DNA of 48,755 bases from contig JAHDFV010000002.1 of NCBI GenBank assembly GCA_020627985.1, positions 1-48,755 of the forward strand, given 5' to 3'. The number at the start of each line of letters is the position of its first letter. The stretch's first letter is position 1. Origin of the DNA: Saprospiraceae bacterium (GTDB lineage Bacteria; Bacteroidota; Bacteroidia; Chitinophagales; Saprospiraceae). The notes beneath the pieces were generated by a model, which saw only the letters and a program-made list of their open reading frames with translations, was not told the DNA's origin and did no database searches. Shown piece by piece: positions 1 through 7,956 of the stretch. The position numbers and the translations under genes were made by a program.

Positions 1-34
1 ATGCTTCTTTTTGTTTTGTCAAATTTCGACTTTA

Positions 35-691
35 TTAATCCTGAACTTTTGAGCCATAAGAAAGATCTCCAGCATCTCCTAAACCTGGAACGATATAAGA
101 TTTTGCGGTTAATTCTTCGTCAATGGCTCCTATCCATAAATTCGCTTTAGGAAAATATCTTCTGACATGGTCTAAACCTGGTTTCGCAGCAATAGCCGTA
201 GCAACATGTATAGCTTTCGGTTTTCCATAAATCGCCAACTCCCTTAAAGTCGTTACAATAGAAGCTCCTGTCGCAATCATAGGATCGGCTAAAATTAAAA
301 CAGCCCCTTCAATAGATGGGCAGGAAACATATTCTAATTTAATTTCAAAAGAACCATCTTTATGATGTCTTCTATAAGCAGAAACAAAGGCATTATCTGC
401 TTCATCAAATACATTCAATATACCTTGGTGTAATGGTAATCCTGCTCGAAGAATGGTACTTAAAACTATTCGATCCGAAGGAATATTAATAGTAGCAATC
501 CCCATAGGAGTTTCTACTTCTACTTCTTCATAATCTAGCGTTTTAGATATTTCATAGGCTAACACTTCGCCTACTCGTTCTAGGTTTCTTCTAAAACGAA
601 GTCTATCTCCTTGTATCTCAATACTTCGCAATTCAGCAATAAACTTATTTGCAATAGTTTCTCTTTCGTTTAAATTGAATACCATACTCAA
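35..691 (-). CDS. upp: uracil phosphoribosyltransferase
   Basis: 218-aa ORF with a PRPP-binding loop (VLILADPMIATGAS) and the length and layout of UPRT. Confidence 0.9.
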   Translation of the reverse strand: MSMVFNLNERETIANKFIAELRSIEIQGDRLRFRRNLERVGEVLAYEISKTLDYEEVEVETPMGIATINIPSDRIVLSTILRAGLPLHQGILNVFDEADNAFVSAYRRHHKDGSFEIKLEYVSCPSIEGAVLILADPMIATGASIVTTLRELAIYGKPKAIHVATAIAAKPGLDHVRRYFPKANLWIGAIDEELTAKSYIVPGLGDAGDLSYGSKVQD

Positions 692-757
692 CCCTATTTA
701 GTTATAATTGAAGATATAAAAACAAAGTGGATTTATATCTTAATATCTTCAAATCTA

Positions 758-1714
758 TTAAAATACTGCTTCACATATTTTACGAATCGTCTTCGTATCT
801 CCCATAGTATAATAATGTAAACAAGGAGCACCCGCAGCTTTTAATTCTTTCGATTGGGCAATACACCACTCTATTCCTACTTCTTTAAATTTTTCTTTAT
901 CATCCAAATATTTAGAAAATTCTTTAATTAAATCATTAGGAAGATTAACATAAAATAAGCGAGGCAAGGAATTCAATTGGCTAACCTTTGTAATGGGTTT
1001 CAATCCAGGTACAATGGGTACATTAATTCCAATCGAATGACATTTTTTAATAAAACTTAGGTATCGTTCGTTATCAAAAAACATTTGAGACACTACATAA
1101 TCTGCCCCTGCATCTATTTTAGCTTTTAAGAAATGTAAATCCATATCAAAATTAGGAGATTCGAAATGCTTTTCTGGATAACCCGCAACACCTATACAGA
1201 AATCACTTTTCGTTCCATCCTTAATAAAAGTATCCATATAAATCCCTTCATTCATGGCTTGAATTTGCTTTACAAGATCTAAAGCATATTCATGACCTCC
1301 TTCTTGAGGAATAAATTTTCCATCAAATTTCCTAGCATCACCTCTTAAGGCTAATACATTCTGTATTCCAAGGAAATTCAAATCGATTAAAGCATTTTCT
1401 GTGTCTTCTTTGGTAAATCCGCCACAAATTAAGTGAGGAACAGCATCTATCCCATATCGATGCATGATTGAAGCACAAATACCAACCGTTCCTGGTCTTT
1501 TACGAATAGACGTTTTTTCGTAATAACCACTCGGTCTTCTTTTATAAATGTATTCTTCCCTATGGTAGGTCACATCCACAAAAGGAGGTTTAAACTCCAT
1601 CAAAGGGTCTAGTGTATTAAATATTTTCTCCATACTTCCTCCTTTCAAAGGTGGTAGTACTTCAAATGAAATATGTGTTTTATTATTCTCTTTAAAATAC
1701 TCTGTTACTTTCAT
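758..1714 (-). CDS. metF: 5,10-methylenetetrahydrofolate reductase
   Basis: 318-aa ORF with the MTHFR family pattern (ISFEVLPP, TIM-barrel size). It is preceded by a SAM-I riboswitch, as expected for a methionine-cycle gene. Confidence 0.9.
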   Translation of the reverse strand: MKVTEYFKENNKTHISFEVLPPLKGGSMEKIFNTLDPLMEFKPPFVDVTYHREEYIYKRRPSGYYEKTSIRKRPGTVGICASIMHRYGIDAVPHLICGGFTKEDTENALIDLNFLGIQNVLALRGDARKFDGKFIPQEGGHEYALDLVKQIQAMNEGIYMDTFIKDGTKSDFCIGVAGYPEKHFESPNFDMDLHFLKAKIDAGADYVVSQMFFDNERYLSFIKKCHSIGINVPIVPGLKPITKVSQLNSLPRLFYVNLPNDLIKEFSKYLDDKEKFKEVGIEWCIAQSKELKAAGAPCLHYYTMGDTKTIRKICEAVF

Positions 1715-1773
1715 CTACTTCAAATACGTTTATGTTGTGTTTATATTATCTCTTACCATTTGTTATTTGCACT

Positions 1774-1809
1774 AAAAAAGCTCTCCCAGATGTACCGGAA
1801 GAGCTTTTT
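1774..1809 (-). terminator. intrinsic terminator acting as the SAM riboswitch expression platform
   Basis: Minus strand reads aaaaaGCTCTTCCggtacatctGGGAGAGCtttttt. This is a GC-rich stem followed by a U-run, placed between the aptamer and the metF ATG. Confidence 0.7.
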
Positions 1810-1844
1810 AATATCATTGATAATTTAAAACTTCTTTTTTCCGA

Positions 1845-1950
1845 CTCATCTGTCCTGATTATTCAGGATGGACGTAGCACCTTCTTTCCAAAAAATGGAT
1901 AGGGTTGCTAAGGTTTCTTCGGGCCAACACCCTCCACCTTTCTTGATAAG
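1845..1950 (-). promoter_or_regulatory. SAM-I (S-box) riboswitch aptamer upstream of metF
   Basis: Minus strand reads CTTATCAAGAAAGGTGGAGGGTGTTGGCCCGAAGAAACCTTAGCAACC...GGTGCTACGTCCATCCTG...GGACAGATGAG. This matches the conserved SAM-I core (UUAUCAAGAG-GG-GGAGGGA-UGGCCC-AUGAAACC-GCAACC...GGUGCUAA-UCC...AGAUGAG), and P1 closes as CTTATC/GATGAG. Confidence 0.85.
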
Positions 1951-1978
1951 CACTAATAGCATTAAAGAACTATTGGAA

Positions 1979-1986
1979 CAAATGTA
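1979..1986 (-). promoter_or_regulatory. Bacteroidota sigma-A -7 box (TACATTTG) for the riboswitch-metF transcript
   Basis: Perfect match to TAnnTTTG about 25 nt upstream of the riboswitch P1 helix. Confidence 0.5.
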
Positions 1987-2114
1987 AACGACTTTCTCAG
2001 AAATTGGTAATTTATAGAGTGTTAAAACAAAATTATTTTTATTCATTCATGTTTAAAATAAAATTAGAAATGAAATGTTTAAGTCTTTGAACTTCATATG
2101 CTTAAAATTCGTAT

Positions 2115-2122
2115 TACATTTG
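2115..2122 (+). promoter_or_regulatory. -7 box (TACATTTG) upstream of the AsmA-like gene
   Basis: Perfect TAnnTTTG match 34 nt upstream of the ATG at 2156. Confidence 0.45.
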
Positions 2123-2155
2123 TAGTTCATCTTCTGAGGCAATCAATTTATATCT

Positions 2156-4681
2156 ATGTCGGCTAAACGTAAATTTTTCAAATTTTCTCTTTGGGTTTTT
2201 ATTATTTTAACCTTCCTATTCATTCTAGTATTATTTGGTTCATCCTTCTTTGCAGATCGTATCGGGAATGCAGTCATTAGTGAATTAAATAAAAGTGTAA
2301 AACATGAAATTAAAGTAGATAATTATGATTTGACTTTAGTTCGACACTTTCCAAATGCTGCCGTTACACTTCATAATGTAACTATACCAGATAAGAACAA
2401 TGAAGCCGCTTTGCTAGAAGCCAAAGAACTCGCCTTTCGTTTCAAATTATTCAGTCTTTTTGGTTCAAAAATTAAAATTAGTTCTGTAGTCATAGATGAT
2501 GGTGCTATCTTTTTAAAAAGAGATAACAAAGGGTATTTCAATTATGATATTTTTAAAGAGAACAATTCAACATCTGAAGAAGAAGAAAACGAATTAAGTT
2601 TAAAATTAGAGGAAGCTCGTTTAAATGAAATGGAGCTCATCTATATGGATGAAAAAGAAAAAAGTGATCTTAAAGTTAATATTGGTTATGCAAATATGGC
2701 TGGTGAATTTTCAGGAAATCGCTTTATCCTTAAAAGCGATGCAGAACTGATAACAGAATTTTACGAAACGATTGAAGGAAAATATTTTGCCAATAAAAAC
2801 ATACAATACAATGCTGATGTAGATGTAGATTTAAAAAATGAAAATTATGATATTAAAGATTTCATTTTAACCATCGAAGACAATAAATTTCAGATAAAAG
2901 GAGACGTAAAAAAAGACATCAATGCTTTTGATTATGATCTTACATTTGATGGAAAAGATTGCACCATGCAATCTCTTATTGGTCTTTTGCCCGAAGGATA
3001 TATGGAAAATTTAATTGGTCTTAAAAGCAAAGGCGATTTTACATTCCAAGGAACCATCAAAGGAAAATCAGACAATAAGCAACCTGCTATTAATATTAAT
3101 TTGGGTTTAGAAGATGGAAGTATAAGTGGACCTCAGCTCGCTTCTCCTTTTAGAGATTTAACCTTCAATGCAGAATATACTAATGGTAAAGATCGTACGA
3201 ATCAGTCCACTTTACTTGAAATCAAAGATTTTAAAGGATACTTACAACGAGAATTAATCGAATTAAAATTAAAAGTTGCCAATTTGGATGATCCATTTGT
3301 GGATTTATCTTTCAATGGTGCAATCCCTTTAGATGCCGTTTACAAATCTTTTGGTTCAAATATCATTACTGCTGGAGGTGGAGATATTGAAATCCAAAAT
3401 TTAGAATTAAAAGGACATTATGATGAAATGATTAACCCCAATTTAATCTATCGTGTCAAATCAAATGGCTTGATAGAATTTGATGATGCCATGCTTAAAA
3501 TTAATGGAGAAAAAATCATTGTAGACAGAGGTGCTTTCCAACTAAGTGATAATGATTTAGATGTTAGAGAAATGATTATTGAAGGAGCAGGCTCTGAATT
3601 CGAAATAAATGGATCTTTTAAAAACTTAATTCCTGTTCTTTTATCTGATTCCTTAAATTCTAAGGATGCAAAATTAATCTTTAATGCAAAACTAGATGCA
3701 GAGGAATTAGATCTTCAACGCATTCTGAATATGTCATCTGTACCTGATGAAGAAAGTGTAGCAGAAGAAGTATATGATTCGCTAAAAACAGAACAATATG
3801 AAAACAGAGAGAAATTTACCAATTACTTAGACGGTACGATTGAATCCAGTATTGAAGAATTTAGCTATGGCAAAATAAAAGGAAAAGATTTTAAAGGAAA
3901 ATTGACCATTCGAAATAATGAATTCATTGTAGATGGCGGTTTATTTGCCATGGATGGTTCTTTCGATTTAGATGGAATTATTTTCATGGAAAAAGCTCCT
4001 ATTCTTAGAGCAAAATTAGTTTGTCAAGATATAGATGGAACAGAATTTTTTAAGCAAACTGATAATTTTGGTCAAGACTATCTAACTCATAAAAATTTAA
4101 AAGGAAAAATTAATTCTAATATAGCTATTAACGCTTTTTGGAGCACAGAAGGTGATTTTTTATCTGACAAACTTCATGTTTTAGCAGATACTCATATTAA
4201 AGATGGAGAGTTGATCAATTTTGAAATGTTAGAGAGTTTTTCAAAATTTGTAAAACTTAAAGATCTACGTCATATCCGATTTACAGACACTCGCAATTGG
4301 ATGGAAATAAAAGAAGAGACTTTTTATCTACCCGTAATGCTTATTCAAAGTAATGCTTTGAATTTAACACTAAGTGGAGAACATTCTTTCGATCAAAAGA
4401 TCGACTATAATGTCAAAGTTAATGCGGGGCAAGTCATGATGAAAAAATTATTTAAGAAAGCAGGATCTAAACCCATTAAAGCTAAGAATGGATGGTTCAA
4501 TTTGCATTACAAAATTAAAGGAACTACAGAGGATTATACAATGGAAAATTCTAAGCGAAGGGTAAAAGAAGAATTTGAGAAAAGTGAGCGTAAGAAACTC
4601 CGATTAAAAAGAGCGCTTGAGCAACAATTTGGGAATATTAAAAATTTCACAACGATTAAAGAGCTAGAAGACGAAGGATAA
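2156..4681 (+). CDS. AsmA-family envelope protein
   Basis: 841-aa ORF with an N-terminal TM anchor (FSLWVFIILTFLFILVLFG). It is long, beta-rich and Asn/Lys-rich, with AsmA-like N- and C-terminal regions. Confidence 0.6.
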   Translation: MSAKRKFFKFSLWVFIILTFLFILVLFGSSFFADRIGNAVISELNKSVKHEIKVDNYDLTLVRHFPNAAVTLHNVTIPDKNNEAALLEAKELAFRFKLFSLFGSKIKISSVVIDDGAIFLKRDNKGYFNYDIFKENNSTSEEEENELSLKLEEARLNEMELIYMDEKEKSDLKVNIGYANMAGEFSGNRFILKSDAELITEFYETIEGKYFANKNIQYNADVDVDLKNENYDIKDFILTIEDNKFQIKGDVKKDINAFDYDLTFDGKDCTMQSLIGLLPEGYMENLIGLKSKGDFTFQGTIKGKSDNKQPAININLGLEDGSISGPQLASPFRDLTFNAEYTNGKDRTNQSTLLEIKDFKGYLQRELIELKLKVANLDDPFVDLSFNGAIPLDAVYKSFGSNIITAGGGDIEIQNLELKGHYDEMINPNLIYRVKSNGLIEFDDAMLKINGEKIIVDRGAFQLSDNDLDVREMIIEGAGSEFEINGSFKNLIPVLLSDSLNSKDAKLIFNAKLDAEELDLQRILNMSSVPDEESVAEEVYDSLKTEQYENREKFTNYLDGTIESSIEEFSYGKIKGKDFKGKLTIRNNEFIVDGGLFAMDGSFDLDGIIFMEKAPILRAKLVCQDIDGTEFFKQTDNFGQDYLTHKNLKGKINSNIAINAFWSTEGDFLSDKLHVLADTHIKDGELINFEMLESFSKFVKLKDLRHIRFTDTRNWMEIKEETFYLPVMLIQSNALNLTLSGEHSFDQKIDYNVKVNAGQVMMKKLFKKAGSKPIKAKNGWFNLHYKIKGTTEDYTMENSKRRVKEEFEKSERKKLRLKRALEQQFGNIKNFTTIKELEDEG

Positions 4682-4726
4682 CAGTTTCCTGTTACCCTTC
4701 TATATCATCCTTGTGAGGGGATGTTA

Positions 4727-4855
4727 TTATCCTGCCCAAATATAACCCCCTTCATTGATTTGATGGTTGTTTTTTATTTCGGATTTCTTAATCTTAAGAT
4801 TAATCTTCTTAGATAATAATTTTCTTACTGTTCCTTTTTCTTTTACTTTCTTCAT
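4727..4855 (-). CDS. possible 42-aa GG-leader peptide (hypothetical)
   Basis: Hand translation gives MKKVKEKGTVRKLLSKKINLKIKKSEIKNNHQINEGG/YIWAG, a leader-like L.L.K..I......I.EGG pattern. I found no clear promoter or terminator. Confidence 0.2.
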   Translation of the reverse strand: MKKVKEKGTVRKLLSKKINLKIKKSEIKNNHQINEGGYIWAG

Positions 4856-5058
4856 GGCAATACAATTAAACCCAATTAATAAATCGGTTCTTATTTTCGG
4901 AAAGGTTTATAAAAGTTAAATAGTGCTGGGATACTTCTTTAGAAGTATAAATGTAATGTGTAAAAAATCGAGAAAGGTATTCCTGACCTAATGTGGTCAG
5001 TCGTATCGTTTTGTAGTGTAACGATTATATTTCAAAAACGATACCAAAAAATTAAAAA

Positions 5059-5089
5059 GCGGGGAAACATTTGTTAATGTTTCCCCGCT
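5059..5089 (-). terminator. intrinsic terminator downstream of the M1 aminopeptidase
   Basis: GCGGGGAAACAT/ATGTTTCCCCGC 12-bp stem, with a T-run on the minus strand. Confidence 0.8.
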
Positions 5090-5135
5090 TAAATTATCTA
5101 CTCTAACATAATCTTAGAGCGTAATACATAAAGTA

Positions 5136-7715
5136 CTATAAACCAAAATTATTATATAATCCTTTTAATTGATTATTGGTTTCAGCAGATTTAATTTCTC
5201 CAATTAATTTTTTCAGCAACATCGTTTTATCCGTATCACCTGATGTCTTTAATGTACGATACAAATCATCTAATGCTTTAGTTGCTCCAAATCTTTTCCA
5301 AGGAGAATCATTCATATTCAATGCCATCTTACCTAAATTTTGACCTGATTTCAACATTTGATCAGCACCTCCTTTTTTAGATAATTCTGCATAACTTGCT
5401 AAGAAATTAATGGTACCGTATCCACTTGTTTTATCAATATTTTTTTCAAAGAATGATAATTTAGACATGTCTCCGCTATCTTGATAAATACCTCCAACTG
5501 CAGAAATGATACTTCCATTCGTTTCATTTTCTAGTTTAGCAGCATATTTAGCTGCTTCAGCTTTATCCAGTTTAGTTAATGCTTCTAAACCCGCAGAAAC
5601 TACAGGATAAGCTCTTTCTTTATCTACTGCATTTTTAGCTACACTTACATATTTAGTATCGCCTGTTTCAGCTAACATCAATAAAGCAGAAGCTTTTACC
5701 TGAGAACGTTTATCGTTCTTTGCCATTGATTCTACTTTTGATAAGATTGCAGGGTTATCAGCTATATTTATATTTTTTAAGGCAGCATTTCTTATTGCCC
5801 AATATGGATCATCCAATGCTTTTTCTCCAACTGTTACAGCTGAAGGTTTTCCTTTTAATCCTGCTAAAGCAGAATAACGATCATGAAATAAAGGAGCATT
5901 ATTAAATTGGAAAACATATTCTTCTTCTGTTCTCGTCTCATTGATATCTGCTAACAAATAATGCTCTGCATCTGCAATGACTAATTTAGGCTTTGATCCT
6001 ACTTTGAAACGGAATTCTTGTTTACGCTGATCCATTTGAATCATCTTACGAGTAGGTTTCCCTGCACTCGTATAAATATCAACTGCCATCGGTAAAACGA
6101 AAACAGCTTGGTGTTCTTTTGGATCTTGTGTTTGCTCTATTTTTACAATCGCTTCCTTGTTTGTTGCATCATAATCATAATTAATATCCAAAGAAGGATG
6201 TCCTTGCTTGAAATACCATTGATTGAAGAACCAATTTAAATCCATCCCAGAAACTTCTTCCATAGCTAAACGCAAATCATGAGCTTCAACAGCTGAGTAT
6301 TTATTTTCCGTTAAGTACAACTTAAGGGCTGCTTTAAACGCGTCGTCTCCAACTGTCTTCCTTAACATATGTAAAATGGCTCCACCTTTATTATAACTGT
6401 GTGCATCAAACATATCTTCTTTGTCATTGTATCCAAAGTGGATTAAAGGGTGCATACCTGTTTGAGCAGAAGACATCATATAACCTGATTGTTCTCCCAT
6501 TAAGTGATAATCAGCGGCATCTCTTCCATATTTATGTTCAAACCAAAGGTATTCGCTGTAATTAGCAAAACCCTCATTCATCGTTAAATTTGCCCAACTT
6601 TCGCAAGTCACATAATCACCAAACCAGTGGTGCATTAATTCGTGTGCTACAATTCTTTCATTATGGTTATCAATTAGCTCTCTTTCTGTTTTCTGTACAA
6701 AATCTCCGAAAATAACACCTGTTGTATTTTCCATTGCACCAGAAACATAATCTCTAACGACCACTTGAGAATATTTTTGCCAAGGATATTTTACACCTGT
6801 AAAATCAGAAAAGAAAGTCAACATTTCTGGTGTATTAGAAAAGATCGCTTTTGCATCTTTTTCATAAGCAGGTTCTACATAATATTCTAATAATTTCCCT
6901 TCCCATTTTTCGCTTACAACTGCAAATTCACCAATAGCTAACATGAATAAGTAAGGAGCATGCGGTAAATCCATATTCCAATAATCTGTTCTTGTCCCAT
7001 CAGCATTCTTTTTAGAAGAAACCAAATTACCATTGGATAAACATTTAAAACGATCTTGTACCGTTACATACATTTCTTGAGTCGTTCTTTCATTGGGTTT
7101 ATCTATTGTTGGGAACCAAGCAGAATTGTTTTCTGTTTCTCCTTGCGTCCAAATTTGCTGAGGCTTATCTCCTTCATCTCCTTTTGGATTAATAAAGAAC
7201 AAACCTTTTTCTGAAGTAATCGCAGAACTTCCACCATAGGTTCTTTCATTCGGCTTTGCAGTATATTCAATATATACTTGATATTTTTCTTTAGCAGAGA
7301 AAGTTCTTCCTAAGTCAATGGTCATGATTTCATCTTTGTAATCATATTTAGCATCTTTACCATTCACTTGAACTTTTGCTAAATCAAAACCTTTAGCATC
7401 CAATACTAATTCGTCTGTATCATAAAACAAAGGTTTAAGATCTAACCAAGCTTTACCTAAAACATGCTGCTTAGACCAGTCGAATTTTAAATCTAATTTG
7501 GTATGTAATAAATCATTGGTTCTTCTTACACTTGCTGCATAAGGTGGTAATTCTAAACTCACTTCATCTTGCTCTGGTTCAGGAGTCACTACAATTTCTG
7601 ATAAAGTTCTTTCTTCAACAGGTTCAGCTTTCACTAAATCTTGTGTTCCTTTACAACCCATTAATAAAAGAAGACTAAACATGAAAACACCTAGGAATAA
7701 TTTCGAAACATTCAT
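5136..7715 (-). CDS. M1-family zinc aminopeptidase (aminopeptidase N-like) lipoprotein
   Basis: Contains the GAMEN exopeptidase motif (VSGAMENTTG) and HELMHHWFGD...NEGFANY (HExxH-18-E). I placed the start at MNVSKLFLGVFMFSLLLLMGC (lipoprotein signal) rather than the upstream track start. The C-terminal region is helical-repeat. Confidence 0.9.
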   Translation of the reverse strand: MNVSKLFLGVFMFSLLLLMGCKGTQDLVKAEPVEERTLSEIVVTPEPEQDEVSLELPPYAASVRRTNDLLHTKLDLKFDWSKQHVLGKAWLDLKPLFYDTDELVLDAKGFDLAKVQVNGKDAKYDYKDEIMTIDLGRTFSAKEKYQVYIEYTAKPNERTYGGSSAITSEKGLFFINPKGDEGDKPQQIWTQGETENNSAWFPTIDKPNERTTQEMYVTVQDRFKCLSNGNLVSSKKNADGTRTDYWNMDLPHAPYLFMLAIGEFAVVSEKWEGKLLEYYVEPAYEKDAKAIFSNTPEMLTFFSDFTGVKYPWQKYSQVVVRDYVSGAMENTTGVIFGDFVQKTERELIDNHNERIVAHELMHHWFGDYVTCESWANLTMNEGFANYSEYLWFEHKYGRDAADYHLMGEQSGYMMSSAQTGMHPLIHFGYNDKEDMFDAHSYNKGGAILHMLRKTVGDDAFKAALKLYLTENKYSAVEAHDLRLAMEEVSGMDLNWFFNQWYFKQGHPSLDINYDYDATNKEAIVKIEQTQDPKEHQAVFVLPMAVDIYTSAGKPTRKMIQMDQRKQEFRFKVGSKPKLVIADAEHYLLADINETRTEEEYVFQFNNAPLFHDRYSALAGLKGKPSAVTVGEKALDDPYWAIRNAALKNINIADNPAILSKVESMAKNDKRSQVKASALLMLAETGDTKYVSVAKNAVDKERAYPVVSAGLEALTKLDKAEAAKYAAKLENETNGSIISAVGGIYQDSGDMSKLSFFEKNIDKTSGYGTINFLASYAELSKKGGADQMLKSGQNLGKMALNMNDSPWKRFGATKALDDLYRTLKTSGDTDKTMLLKKLIGEIKSAETNNQLKGLYNNFGL

Positions 7716-7741
7716 TTTATAAATAATTTTAATATGTGCCG

Positions 7742-7749
7742 CAAAAATA
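7742..7749 (-). promoter_or_regulatory. -7 box (TATTTTTG) for the aminopeptidase gene
   Basis: TAnnTTTG match 27 nt upstream of the ATG at 7715. Confidence 0.45.
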
Positions 7750-7956
7750 AGTATTAATTTGAGCTTCTCTGCATGTTTCAACATTAATGAAATCATAAGT
7801 ACAGAATTGCAACCCTTTCTTTGTTATAAAGTCTTTATTTATATCACAAAGATGCTTGCTTTCATCATTTAGTTGCCTCAAGCTATTGATTTTATAAACA
7901 TTATTGTAACATCTTTGCAAAACGAAACCATTTATCAGCCGCTTAGTTCTATCAAA

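Noticed and set aside
1846-2046. 66-aa minus-strand ORF in the track
   Set aside because: It is fully occupied by the SAM-I riboswitch aptamer and its -7 promoter box. The peptide shows no recognisable features.
4983-5044. Two hairpins (CTGACC/GGTCAG and GTATCGTTTT/AAAACGATAC) next to the aminopeptidase terminator, considered as a possible sRNA
   Set aside because: There is no promoter box and no U-run of their own, and I recognised no match to a known RNA family (SRP, 6S, tmRNA, RNase P). They may simply be extra terminator-proximal structure.
5720-5905. Short ORFs antisense to or overlapping well-supported genes (also 7729-7920, 12585-12770, 13656-13964, 14442-14654, 15457-15666, 18648-18833, 19175-19399, 19847-20047, 31023-31277, 35317-35499, 39180-39380, 41135-41341, 42883-43125, 45601-45816, 45929-46132, 46675-46929, 48039-48221, 48474-48671)
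   Set aside because: Each lies within a longer ORF that has clear family motifs on the other strand or in another frame. Their products are low-complexity, with no start context or motifs.
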